NCBI RefSeq assembly: GCF_031769215.1
Contig: NW_026782263.1
Location: 434,001 to 498,000 of the forward strand
DNA from: Ylistrum balloti
Taxonomy: Eukaryota
Reading direction: 5' to 3'
Length of the DNA: 64,000 bases
Each line of letters opens with the position of its first letter. Position 1 is the first letter of the stretch. This document shows, in pieces, positions 43,601 through 56,531 of this stretch. Below the pieces are notes generated by a model. It had not been told where the DNA came from and did not search any database. It saw nothing but the letters and a program-made list of their open reading frames with translations. A program made the translations under genes and the position numbers.

Positions 43601-44397
43601 GATAGATATATTATTCAAGAAGCCAGAAGCTATAATATTGGACTTGAATGTTTGGTAAGCTGCTGTCGAAGCAGCACTGTGAGAAGGCTTTTAACTACTG
43701 GGATGTTGAAGCAATGGTATAGAAACGAGTTTGTTCTGTTTCGGCAATGCCATACATTATGAAGAGAAATTATTCCGATCTAGGTTTTTTTCTCTAATTT
43801 GAAGCTATTGTAGACATGCCTACTATACACAATCAAACATAATGACAAATATCTAGCTAGAGTGCGTTTTTGTTAAACGATCTAGACATATTTACTTTGC
43901 GTGCATCCGATTTTATCAAGAAAAGTTTCTTTAAATGCATATTCAAACTATTACCTTGGGAAAGATATCTAGATGTCCCCATACATTAAATTCAATCTAC
44001 CATCCGACAAGTATCTCACTTAAACTAAATTGGTATTACAGTACAGATTTTATACCTTGATAAATGAAAGTTCTTCTATTCGTTATTTTAATTTTTGCCA
44101 ATTAAAAAAATAAATAAAATCAATCCCCTTTACTTGGTAAATGTAAATAAAACTGCAATCAGTGTATTCACCTCACTTCTCATTGATTTTTACTTGAGTC
44201 AATCATTGCTGTGGTGAAATACTGAAGTGTAAACAATGCACTGAATTACAGCTGTAATTAACTTTTTGTTCCCAGGTGCAGTTGGTGATTGGAAGAATTG
44301 GTTCACAGTGGAACAGAATGAACATTTTGATAGCGTTTATTATAAGAGAATGAAGAACTCGCAAGTTCTACCACGATATACACTACACAATGAATGA
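40629..44397 (+). pseudogene. Cytosolic sulfotransferase copy D, probable recent pseudogene or null allele; exons 40629-40794, 41080-41400, 42307-42410, 43062-43233, 44276-44397
   Basis: Exon 2 reads G-T-H-W-I-TAG-E-V (41094-41096) where all paralogs have TGG. The exon 4 donor is GCGTGT. No frameshifts otherwise. Confidence 0.85.
41838..42275 (-). mobile_element. Penelope-like 3' fragment inside intron 2 of SULT copy D
   Basis: Aligns with 13985-14415; ends about 30 nt before the exon 3 acceptor. Confidence 0.85.
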
Positions 44398-44569
44398 CGC
44401 CTGAAATTCATAGTCTTATATAGGGTTAATATATGTAGCTATCGAAAACACTAATATATACTTTTCTTATTCTCCTTTTCATATTTCAAGGGTCGACATT
44501 TCTTTTGTTAAAATTCTGCATTAGTTTTCTTGAATTTGAGTTTGCATTATAATTATGCGTCTTCTCCTT

Positions 44570-44755
44570 CCACTACCAAACCTGACATGCAAATCTTGGT
44601 CAGTCCAAGTAACTTAAGTCACATTCTCCAATGAGAACAAGGTAGAGCAAAGGAACCATCTGACATACTAACGATATAAAAATATCGCACAAGGAATTAT
44701 ATTTACCAATGAGACCATGGCGACAACCATAAAACTTCCAAATTGTCGATCATCC
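44570..44755 (-). mobile_element. Penelope-like 3' fragment just downstream of SULT copy D
   Basis: catgcaaatcttggtcagtccaagt..caatgagaacaaggta..accatggcgac..aaaacttcc matches the other copies. Confidence 0.7.
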
Positions 44756-44821
44756 TTCATCTCTCGAAATCCTGTGTTAATAACATCCACTTTACGATCA
44801 TGAACATTAAGTTAATATATA

Positions 44822-46145
44822 CGCTCAGTCGCAGTTTAAGAACCATCAGTTTCAGTTTTTTTGAAAATCTTAATTTAAAACATTTCCTGTTGTAAAAATA
44901 AACCTGGTCAAAACATTTGCACTGTCTCCTTTTATGTTTGGCACCATATGCAACCAAATGGTACACCCAACAATACTTTTGGTGTACTCCGTTCTCTAAC
45001 ACTTTGCCATGCCACCTTAGCAGCATTGGCACGTATATAACTGGTAAATCATGCTCATCGTGTATTTAAAAATGGCACGTCGAAAATTTATGAATGTTAA
45101 AAGATGGAAAGCTTCAGATATGTTTCAAGGTGGTATTACATACAAACAAGTAGCTGCACGTTTGAATACCAGCCAATCTGTTATTTCTCTGTTAAAGCAG
45201 CGTCTGCACCAAACCCGGCACATTTGAAGACTTGATATTTAAAGATAAAGGAGATAAATTTCCAAGTTGACAGACAAGGCAAGTCCAACCCAACACACCC
45301 ATAGGATAGTGTAATGTCAATGTTTATGTTAGCTGGTGTACCGTCAGCAAACTTCGCTCTCACCGACTGGTAAAAATTATCTGTTGACTGGAAGGTACCA
45401 ACAAGCCAACCCACAATTTCGGCATCTGATTACCGGACATGTAGTTATAGGAATACTATGCCTTGGCGAAGACCCTACTGGTCTGATGACGATAGACGTC
45501 AGGGTTCGTGTTCATAATTAAAGAAATACGGCGTACCATCACAATCACATTCGGGCCACATCAGCATTTGGTGGTGGTGGTGTTACTGTTTAAGGGTACC
45601 AGTAAGCTTCGCTCGCTCGTCCTTGGTGGAACTTTAAATGGGGAGAAGTACTGTTATCAGATCATTCGATCGCTGGTTGTTCCTCATTCCAGTCATTGGT
45701 AGATGGCATACCATAATGGATGAAAATGCCATACAACATGGAGCCATCCCAATGCAGGACTATATTAAACCAGACGCTCCATGACCTGCAATATCACCAA
45801 ATATGACAAAAAGTAAATGCAGGATATCCAAAATGCCAAACAATTGGAGTTGCAAGGTTTACTCAGAACAAGCTTCTACGTCTCGTCTATGGTTTAAGAC
45901 GACGTGGTCACGAGTTGTACCAAAACCATGGTGGCTACACCGGATACTGATATTATCATACCCAATGCCACTCGTTGATTCGTTACTCTTCTTGATCAAG
46001 TAACAAGCTTTTTCTTTACTTTGGGAAATTTCTTTTCATGTCGACTGTGTATATCATGTTGAGTTGTCATTGAATACTTTTTGATACAGTGAATAAAATG
46101 AAACCCACTCTAAGATATTGATGGTCCCAAACGTAAGGCCACGTG
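44822..46145 (+). mobile_element. Degenerate Tc1/mariner DNA transposon
   Basis: From ATG 45072 the HTH-like MARRK..DMFQGGITYKQVAARLNTSQSVIS. Later FGGGGVTV, GTLNGEKY, IMDENA..H and (W>stop)PAISP match the Tc1 DDE domain. Weak TA-flanked TIR candidates at 44822 and 46145; AATAAA near the right end. Confidence 0.75.
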
Positions 46146-49100
46146 TATATGTATACATTATGTGTCAAGATGGCAATTAATTACAAGGAAACACAATACT
46201 TTGTGTATTTTGGTTCAAAAACAATTTTCCAACTTTGCGAAACTACACATGTTGTGAGGATACTAGAAGTATTTTGGTAAAAAGCCGAATGAGTTCCTTG
46301 GGTGAGTTCGACTAAACGCGCCGTAAGATTGTACAATAGACACAAAAATGAATATTACCATTTGATGCTTTGGAGGAAATACAGAAGAGTCAAAAAAAGA
46401 GTTTAACTGCATATTTTAAGGGAAAAAATATATATAGACAGGTCCCTCTTCTCCTCATGTCTGGTCCATTTCTTTGTGATTTCTTCTATAATGTCACTAT
46501 ACTGACTTGATTTTGAATTGTTGTAGAAGTGGTAATGATCAAAGATATTTTGACAGCGATCATGGAATTAACGTCAATATTTGAACGGTAATAACGAGTC
46601 TCAGACTGAGTAAAGAGGCCAGGTGGTTTTTGCCTATGTACAACATTCTAACATGGATTCTCTTTCCATTACGGGCACCTAGTTATAGTGTTACAGGCGA
46701 GTTTGGACCTGTATGGTCGGGTCTTTGAGGATAGCTACCCTGGTTTTGTACTCATGGTTCTGTACCAATGAAATAACCAAGGATGGCAAATATAACATTC
46801 AGTTATACCTTTATTATGCACCTGTTGATAATTTGAGAAGACATGTATACGTGAATAGAAAACAAGTTTCAAGTGTTCTGTCTACAATATATTGCTATAA
46901 ATCTATTTCTACACTGTAGTTTCCATCCAGCATGAGGACTATCCTAGTAGTTAATACACTCTTCGCGACTGGTCTGTATGCCTAAATACCACCTCATCCC
47001 CGGTTCCAAGTAACAAACAACCGAAAAACCGTGTACTGACCTCCTACATAGAAAAAGAGAGAGAACGCAAGAGATGTGAGCTGATCTGCGACTCAACGCA
47101 TCCTTCAGCCTACTTACCTACGATGATGATGAGAGTTTCGCGTCTCCATGACTTCCCGTTGCCCTGCGTTGTCCAATCGACTGGGGACGATTCTATGGCG
47201 ACGTTTCTTTGTGGATTATTAACAGGAAAAGTAATCAGACATGGCCTTATCATATACCGAAAAGCGTTCAGAAATATTTCAATAAAAATAGTCTTTAATA
47301 CATTTAACTGACAACAAATAAACACTCTTTTAAAAAGCATGAATTCATGTCTTTTAACATGTCCGTATTTTCTTTGTTGTTTTCGTCTCGCGATATTTAC
47401 TAATTTTATTTGTGATGCTATTCATTTTTTTTTCTTTTCTCTTTCATTTTAACTTGTGCCAGATCTTTTCGTCGCTGTTTCGGGACACCCAGTATAGTTT
47501 GTACAGTAATGACACTGATATCCAAATTCTGGTCTTCATGTTTACTTTAGAATGTATATTTACAAAGTATATCCTTATATTTAAAAATTACACTCTTACA
47601 TTGTTCAGACAGATCAAGCGGGCGTCCCGTTAGTGGAGACTAGCCTCTCTCCTCCATCTCTACTGTGTGGCCTCGCCTTTTCTAGTAGATCAAAAGGGGT
47701 CTATTTATACCAAACGATCAACACAGGTTAAATATGACTATGACAATCTGGTAAGATGATCTCACATAACTAATGTATACGTACTTTGACAGTATAACCG
47801 GCCCCACCTCATGTATATCACAGTTACCCGAATGATCACGTGGATGTAAGAGTCAATTAAATTATATAAATATATTTTTAGTTCAAATGTAGGAAATTAT
47901 TATTTTTTAAAGAGATGGATCTGTATCATAGCCATCCAGTTCTTATAATGACGAAACAGACATACATGTTGTACATGTAAAATGAAAATACATAGGAAAT
48001 ACATATGTTATCAAAATTTGGAAAGATAATATAAAAAGCTTCTCTTTTGTGTACACGTCTTTTCAATATCGTTTTTCAATATTTGATTAATTTGGCTTTC
48101 TAACATGCTTATTACATGATAAAGACAGTTGTCGAAATAACAGCTAAAAATCACTGGAGAAAAATGACCAAATATCTAACTGAGAAGAAATGATCGTAAG
48201 AAAGAGAAAGATATAGGTGGCAAGAATAAGAATGTCTGAATGGGATTTACATAAGCGTCGAGAAAGCTGATCATCTCATCCATCTGATTTAAATACTAAA
48301 ACTTACTGGGTCACATGTAACAATTGTGTATATAATGTCATTCATTACATATGGAGGTGGATTATGGAATATTTATATGTATTTATTCATTCAAGAATTT
48401 TATTCAGGTCTGTAGAAGCCAAGGTTTCCTCTGGTTCCTTTATTAGACATGTCTTTGGGAAAAGTCGTGTGTAAGATGTAGGGGAAACTCGGGCTAACAA
48501 TGTTGAAATGTGCAGGAAAATCTGTTAAACATACGAACCATCCATTGTAAAGATCACCGCCTGAAGCATGTACTAAAGAATTCTGATTATATGAAATAAT
48601 TTCCATCACATTATAAAATAACATGTACTGTTATATAAACCCAAACCTAAGTCTGTGATGAACTATGCTCAAAATCTCAATTATTTGTTGTAGTTACTCC
48701 TTTTTGTCTTTTTTCTTTTCAATCTATTTGTCAACATCGTTAACAATAAACTCTAATTTTATTTATATATTTACCACAAACTATTGTGGTCCGTGTTATT
48801 CCAGCCCGTCACTTGTTTTAGTAGTCCCTATACGTGCGTGAAGTATTTGAACTTCGCCGAAAGCACCACTTCGTGCGGTTTTGTTTCATTCATAGAAAGA
48901 CGGCTTGGAAATTCAGTTTATCATCAGTAACTTCAAACTCGCTTAGATATCATTCTACATATTTACTAGGGAAACTCGATTGTTTACTCTTAATTCTTCG
49001 ATTTTCGATCAGGATTAGTGGTCCTGTCGATGTTGCCGAACACAAGAATCGGTAGTTATAATATCTGTGGATATTTCGTGAATTTGTGACAAAGTTGATG

Positions 49101-49374
49101 TACAAATGTTTGTCAATATCGTCAATAGACTAAACACTGTTCTTGTCGATTTCTAACGTTATCAATTTGGCCATATTAAAAAAGGTCGCCGATTTTAGAA
49201 AAGAAGTCACACGGCATTGATAAGCGAGCGTTCTGTTTGGTCAAATGTGAGAAATGTTAAGAATGAAATTAGTGAATGAAAGTAGTTGTTCCAAAATTTC
49301 CCCCTAGATGGCGTCATGACTCAAATCACATATATATACATAGCAGATTTAACAACACACGTTTGATGTCAAAA

Positions 49375-49450
49375 AGGTCACCAGAGCACTGAGACGAAAC
49401 CCGACAACAGGAGGAATCACGGAGACAGAAATCCTGTCAACCAACCAGCT
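49375..49450 (+). repeat. Second copy of the 10.3-kb dispersed repeat, with the stem-II-like region deleted
   Basis: gtcaccagagcactgagacgaaacccgacaacaggaggaatcacggagacagaaatcctgtcaaccaacc. Confidence 0.75.
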
Positions 49451-50472
49451 AACAAAGTCAGGTTTGTTGTTAAAGTGTAGCTAGACTTACCTGTTGAGTA
49501 GAATTATCTCCTACTTCAGTTAGTATTACAATCAATATTAGCACGGGTAGTTCAGGGAGTTATGTGACGGTCTCCGTTAGAGTCAGCACGTGTATTCATG
49601 AGATGTTTATTGAATGTATCTTTGGTATTGGAGTTACATCAAATTCAAATGCAAGACGTGATTTGAATAGGAAAATACCACGTGAGGTCAAGAACAGTGC
49701 AATGTATCTTGTGACACATGGAAGACTGTTTCTCTTGTCCTTAACTGTATTTAGTGGTTTGAAGGTATGTATTAATCTTATACCATTGGCAAATATTGAT
49801 TTGTACTAAAAATGGCAAATTAAAATTATTTGAGGCAAGGAAAGGGTACATGCTTAAGTTTTATGAACGTTCCTATAGAAAAGTAAAGAAGCGCATTATA
49901 GAATTAAAAAATATCATACATTTGCCAAACGAATTGAATGGAATGGTGATACAACTTCGTAAGAAATGCATTACTTTATATAAGTGAAGAGGTACAATGG
50001 AAATACATTAAAGCAATTACAGTTTACGTGCATGTAATTATAATTCATGAATCTAATTATTCAAAAGCAGGTAATGTAGAATACATGCATACCTCTGAAT
50101 AAACGCAAGGAATAAAACCAACAAGTCTTAGTTGAAAATCAATTCAATGAAACTTTGGCAAAATATGAACAAAAACAAAACAAAAAAATAAAATACCAGC
50201 ATTTCAAAAGAAAGAATCACATGACCAGATTCCTGAAAACGTACACGGAGAAGACTGTGTTCCGGGACGGCCTCCTGGTGAGTCGACGAATCAAAATATG
50301 GCATTTAATCAGTTCATTTCGTTCACGTATAGTTGGCGGTGTAAAAATGTAAATATTCTGGCGTTCATCTTGCAATATAAGAAAATGGCAATGGTTTGTA
50401 CTACCAACATATGCAGTCATTGAGGACATACCCCGTCGCGCATGTGCGGATTTCTCGCTGCAGGTGAACGAG

Positions 50473-51356
50473 TTTTTGGCTCACCTGATCTGAAGCGCCA
50501 AGTGAGCTATAGGCATACCGCGGCGACCGTCGTCTGTCATATGTCAACTTTTTTCTGCAAAATGCTACTAGTCATGAACGACTAAGGAGATTTTGACTAA
50601 ATTTGGTCAGAAGCATCCCTAGAGGAAAGGTTATTTTTTAAAATATAAATGGTAGGTCCATCACCTCTTCAGGGCCTGAGAGACGGGGCCCAAAAGGGGA
50701 AATTTGGTAAGTCATCTAAAGTTCTACTCCTCTTGTAGAAATGATTGCATTTTGCCCATATTTGGTCAGAAGCATCTTTGGCTGAAGGGAAATCAATTTT
50801 GTGTAAACGGTGGACATTTTCTCTTTTGGGCAGGAGGCAAGAGAGAGTTTAGATCTCCTTCCTATAACCATGTATAGCATTGCTGGATATAAAGCCATAA
50901 ACATAATCATGATGTAAGAATTGGCCCTGGGGTCTAGTCCCACTCAGTTTCATGGTAATATCTTTGAAATAGTTGAGATCCCCAACCCTCAACCATATAT
51001 GGCAATGCTGAACCTACCCATCTGGACTTAATGGCTGGGTGATATCTTTGATATAGCTGAAATCCTCATCAAGTAAGCATACATGTATATATAGAGAGAG
51101 AATTGCTTGTTATGTGTAGCACACCTCTGCGTGATATTTTCGATTTTTCAACCTGATAACCATATAAACTCTTACTGGGAATCAAAACAGAAAATCAGCA
51201 ATGATATAAGAATTTACCTAATGATCTTGATCCATCAAAGAGGTAAAGAGAGTTTAATTTCCGGGAAATATTTGAAATACCCAACGTATAAGCTTGTATA
51301 AAATTGCTGAGCATTAAGATCCAGGTGAGCGATACAGGCCCTATGAGCCACTTGTT
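50473..51356. mobile_element. pearl/CvA/HINE-type (Helentron-associated) non-autonomous element
   Basis: Inserted in a T-run. Subterminal IR gctcacctg (50479) / caggtgagc (51322), 5' hairpin, (cgt)-type microsatellite remnant, and 3' ggccctatgagcc palindrome followed by cttgtt. Confidence 0.85.
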
Positions 51357-51467
51357 TTACTATAAATTATATAGTGGCATTTCAGAAAAATACTAATATA
51401 TCGTTTTTGTAAATAAAAACTCCAAAATGCATGCCTCGGATAAGTACATTTAACGCTTTTTCGTTAA

Positions 51468-51495
<28 letters not shown>
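51468..51495. repeat. (TA)n microsatellite
   Basis: Direct reading. Confidence 0.9.
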
Positions 51496-51499
<4 letters not shown>

Positions 51500-52311
51500 G
51501 TTTTGATGAAAATTAGATGTATCATTTTTTAATGAAACTTACAAATGAATCTCCATCATAAGTCTTACTAAATTTAGAATAAAACGATTATTTCGACAAA
51601 TTCAACGTGAAATAAAAGCATTACTATGCATAAATTTCCAAATGTTTGCCTCTGACTATCATGTATAGTCACTTTCCAACACATTGACATTACTTTGACA
51701 AACATGAGTTTAAATGATTTGTTCCATTTTCCTTTATATGAAAATGGCACAATAATTTCAGTACAGAGCCAAGTGGAATGGCCAAAATCATTCAAGCGTG
51801 AAATTCGTTATTAACAGAAGAACAGAGAGGTTTTCTATGACACACTTGTAACCATAATTGAATTCGTTGAAAAGAATCAAAATAACACCTGTTCCTCAGA
51901 TTCACAGGGCCTTATTAAAATTCGCATTATAATCAGGCGGACACAAATACATATTTACTAAATTATGATGTAACTGTAAAATTCTATACACGTTCTAATA
52001 TTTTACTATATAAGCATGTAATAAATAAATATATAATATGATACTATAACTTCTTATTTGCCAGAATGTATGTATTGTCTATATGAATGTAGTCTAAGCG
52101 ACAGATATCTAGAATAAATTGACATATAAATACATTTAAATGAATTTCCAGTATACAAACTTCCACAAGATGTTACCTCTCATGTTTATACAATTGGAAC
52201 ATTCTTTTTGAAAATATGCACTCTTTGATTAGTGTGAGAAGTTTAGATATACTCTAATTTAGATTTTGATTTTAATTTTAATTAATGTTGAAGGGAATCC
52301 ATCTTTCCAAG

Positions 52312-55256
52312 ATGCCTTTGAAAAAATTACCATACAATGATGGGTCAACACTCACAGTAATGGATTTGGACGGTTTTTACCTGACATTGGCCAGCAACCT
52401 CAAAAACCAGGAGGAAGAATTGTTGTCTATGCCTGACTGGCAGGCAAGAGATGATGACGTCATGATTTGTACCTATCCAAAATCAGGTATGATACAATGA
52501 TCATTCCTTATTTTAGTATTACATATGTATCTAGTTATCGAATGGAATGAAATTCAGGGACAATGATCTAAATTAAGCTGTTAAAATCTTGTAACCACGG
52601 ATCACCATCAACAGTAATAACATATAAAAATATAAGCACCATTTACCTAACAACAATCGTGAAACATATCAACTTGCATTAAACACTCCTCCTGGTGCGG
52701 GTGGATCTTACTGGGGCAGAAAGTCGGTGTAGAGCCAAGAGAAAACATTGCGGGACATTTGATAATCAAATCCCGCTTGCCTTGGTGAAAGGCATGTGTG
52801 TTATCAGTACGAGAGAAAGTTTTAATACCTTAGCTTCGAAGAAAACTGAACTGAAATAAGACAATAGCAGGTGATCCCACCATTTGTTATTAGAACATTT
52901 GTTATAATAAAGTCAGTATCAAGCGGACTTCACAATATAGGGCGAATTGAGTATTCCTTGGGGTAAACTTGAAAGATGATGCTACATTCTTTTGTGTAAT
53001 TTTGAGCTATTGATAAGCGATGTAAAAGAATAAAATGTCAACATTATCTCCGGTCAGCTGTGCTTATTGTTGACATTTCCCTCCAGGAACACACATGCTT
53101 TGGGAAATTGTATGCATGTTGATGACGAACAAGGCACGGCGGATACCTACTTCAAAGAGTGATTATATGATGGAAGTTATCCCCAAGGCATCATACGATA
53201 ACTTCCCATCACCACGTGTTTTAAACACCCACATGTACTTCGAATACCTGCCAAAGGACTTCGCCAAACGGAAGTGCAAGATCGTGTACATAATGCGAAA
53301 TCCTAAAGATGTGGCTGTATCATTTTTCAACCATCACAGTAATATTATAAGTTATAATTTTTCAGGAACATGGGGAAACTATGTTCCAAGATACTTGAAA
53401 GGCGATGGTAAGTTTAGATCATCAGAAAATGTAACTTTACATGAACAAATGTGGTAAACATAAGTAATTTTTCAATCCATGAATTGAAATGCTAACAGAA
53501 AAGAAATTCTTCCGAAACTTGGCGTATATATTCTCCTAGTGTACTTTTCAGGTGAAGGGACCTTATAGCTCAGGAAATATAGATATTGGCACTTAGTAAC
53601 TTCCGGTGAGGGGTGTCCTTAAGTAGTAACGTAATATATATACCCTGTCAGTATGTGAAAGCAATGACGTCGCGGAAAATAAGTATTAAAGTACTTAAAA
53701 AATATATTGAATGCTTAATTCCAGAATATTAAAACTATCAATTATCGCGACTAAAAGGCAAGTATGCATTCGATATGAAGACATAAAACAACAAACTATG
53801 ACTTTAATTTCAATAAGACGAGTACAGTCTAAATTATCAACTATACATATAATATGTCATTGATAATAAAATTACCAAGTTTGATGTCTACAATTGTAGT
53901 TGATTACGGAACTTGGTTTGACTACACCCTTAAATGGGAAAAATTCATGGCAGATAACCCAGATTACCCGATTTTTATGACAACATTTGAAGACATGAAA
54001 GAGGTAATGACGTGAAGGTGCTTTAATAAAAATGCTGATGAATGGTAAATTGATTTAAGGAGATGTACGCATTCATTAGGTTTTTTTTTTAAAAAAATTA
54101 AAGAATGATGGTATAATCAAGTTGGGCCAGAATTTGTTTTCTTCATCAACCATAACTAATGTACCCGTCTTTTTAAATCAAAACACTGATACCAGTGTTA
54201 TGATTGGGATTGACATATACAAAAAGTTCTGTAACACTACTCTACTTATTTAGCAATCATTCCGCGGTTTAAGGCTGAAACACAGGAGGATATGTCGATG
54301 ATTTTGTGAATATTTCAAATAATTACTTTTCATTAATGATAATAATGCTAACGCTGTATCCGTGATTTTATTGATCTGATTATATAAATTACTAATTACA
54401 TATTTATTGCCTCTCGGTCAACACCAATAGGCAAATATTACAGACAGAGGAAAACGAAAGTACTTGGCAAACTATTGGGAATTTATTATTCGTGACATGT
54501 GTCTAAGTCATACGGATGCTTTGCCTTAACTACTTGTATGTGCACATGTTTGCCTTACTATAGTAATTATTGTGAATCGAATCTTTCTATTTTTTCTAAC
54601 ATCATATATGTCGGAAGGACGCCCTCCGAGAGGTGAACCGGCTCGCTAAATTCCTTGAAGTAGATCGTGGACAGGACTTTCTCAAGGAAGTCATCGACCT
54701 TTGTCACTTTGACCGGATGAAGAAGGAGAAAAATCACATGGAGGTGGTTGGTGGTTGGAGAGGAGGTACAGCAGCGATGTACAGAAAGGGTAAGATTAAA
54801 TGCTTTCATCATCACTAAATACCTCACACCTGAGGCTAATATGATACTAATACGATTTCTTAAAATTATAAATCTGGTTTTACTTATTTATTGATATATT
54901 TATCTATTTTTCAAAACATTCATAGGAAAAACGTAAAATATATATTCTGGCAAAATATTAATGATACAATATTGCATTATTCTTTTTACATATATACGGT
55001 CTGTTCAAATAGCATTTTGTAATGAATGGAATCTTCAGAGTTTTTTTTTTTTTTTTTTTTTGTATGTATCTCCCTGTTATATACTTGTAAGTGCAGCGTA
55101 TATTAAACCACTTCATTTACATGGGTGGCTTTATTGCTTCTAGGTGAAGTTGGTGACTGGAAAAACTGGTTCACAGTGGCACAAAATGAGCTCTTCGATC
55201 AGGTGTGTCAAGAGAAAATGAAATATTCGGAGGTTAAACCAAGGTATACATTATAG
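52312..55256 (+). CDS. Cytosolic sulfotransferase, copy E, 294 aa; exons 52312-52486, 53087-53407, 53900-54003, 54618-54789, 55144-55256
   Basis: Intact spliced ORF with the same exon sizes. Motifs TYPKSGTHM (sic), PRVLNTH, RNPKDVAVSFF and [18 protein letters not shown]. Confidence 0.94.
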
Positions 55257-55717
55257 AAACACAAGGAGACCTTCCAACCATAAACCACCTGGTAAAATAA
55301 CATCTACTCGCTGGCTACAACAACTTATCATGGCCATATGGTGTGGACAGTATATAAAAGCATTTACAGCAAATAAAACATTCAATTAATGAGATTTTCT
55401 TATTTTGTTATCACTCTATTTCATCTTTGTACGAAAAATATTTCATTTATTCATAATAATGACATTACAATTACGTTTGCGGTGGAACCAAAGTAGACCT
55501 CCTGTTGTACAGTTTGTACAGCACAAACTCCACAAAGCACTTGTAACTTGATTAAGCAAACAAGAGGTATTGGTAAACAGTTAAACATGTGACGAGATGA
55601 AAGCCCGATTCTTGTATGACATCTTATTTCGTTGTCTATTTGTGGTGGATGGGACAATTGTGACGATAAAATATTTACCTCTTTTCAATTGTGACGTCAT
55701 TATCATAAAGTAAATAA

Positions 55718-56531
55718 AAGATCTCAGAGGGATCTTGGAGCCCACCATTGTTTGATCTTTGTATGCTCTTTGATAGTTGGATCTTTTCCCTTCTTTTCTC
55801 TTCTCTGTTTTTATTTTTTATGATAAGACATTTGAACATTCTTTTGCAGAAACAGAGATGATAATCTTTACCTACCATCTCCAAAAATGGCCCCCTGGAA
55901 CCATTTTGTTTCTTCTGATTAGTCCAAAAATCAAACGAGCACATGAAAGTCAAAGGGAACATACGTATGAAATTTGAGAGATATCCATTCAGTACTCATT
56001 AAGAAATAGCAATAACAATCTTTACTAGGCAAACTCCAAGATGGCCGCTTTTCTAATCAGTCCTAAAATTAGATGGACACAACAAGGAGCCTATATGAAA
56101 TTTCAAAAAGATCGATTCAGTAGTTCTCAGGAAATAGCGATAACAAACTTTCAAAGTCAAAATCCAAGATAGCCTCCTTTCTGCCCTTTTGTTTTCTGAT
56201 CAGTTCTAAAATATCATGGGTACAAAAAGAGGCTAAGGTGAACTTTCATATGAATTTTGCGAGAGATCCAACCCGGAGTTTTCAAGAAATAGCAATGACA
56301 AACTTCATTGAAAAAAAAATCAAAGATGGCTGCCTATCGGCCATTTTGTTTTTTATCAGTTCCAAAATCAAACGGGCACAACAAGGGACCAAAGGGACCA
56401 AAGGGATCCTACATATGCAATTTGAGAAAGATCCATCCAGTACATCTTAAGAAATAGCGATAACAAAAATTGTTTATGGATGGACACAGAGCGGTTAGAA
56501 TAGTCCACCATCTGATGGTGGTGGGTTAAAA
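55718..56531. mobile_element. HINE-like element carrying about 4 internal 130-160-bp tandem repeats
   Basis: Terminal hairpins aagatctc-aga-gggatctt and ccacca-tctga-tggtgg, with cccacc/ggtggg subterminal IR. caa(g/a)atggc...aagaaatagc.ataac units start near 55883, 56037, 56165 and 56321. Confidence 0.75.

Noticed and set aside
47040-47230. GC-rich segment with a - strand GTAAGT donor and 13 nt shared with the 10.3-kb repeat
   Set aside because: The match is too short to call a third copy, and no coherent gene model could be built.
52690-52810. Possible degenerate tRNA-derived SINE in SULT-E intron 1
   Set aside because: Resemblance is from memory only; A and B boxes could not be identified.
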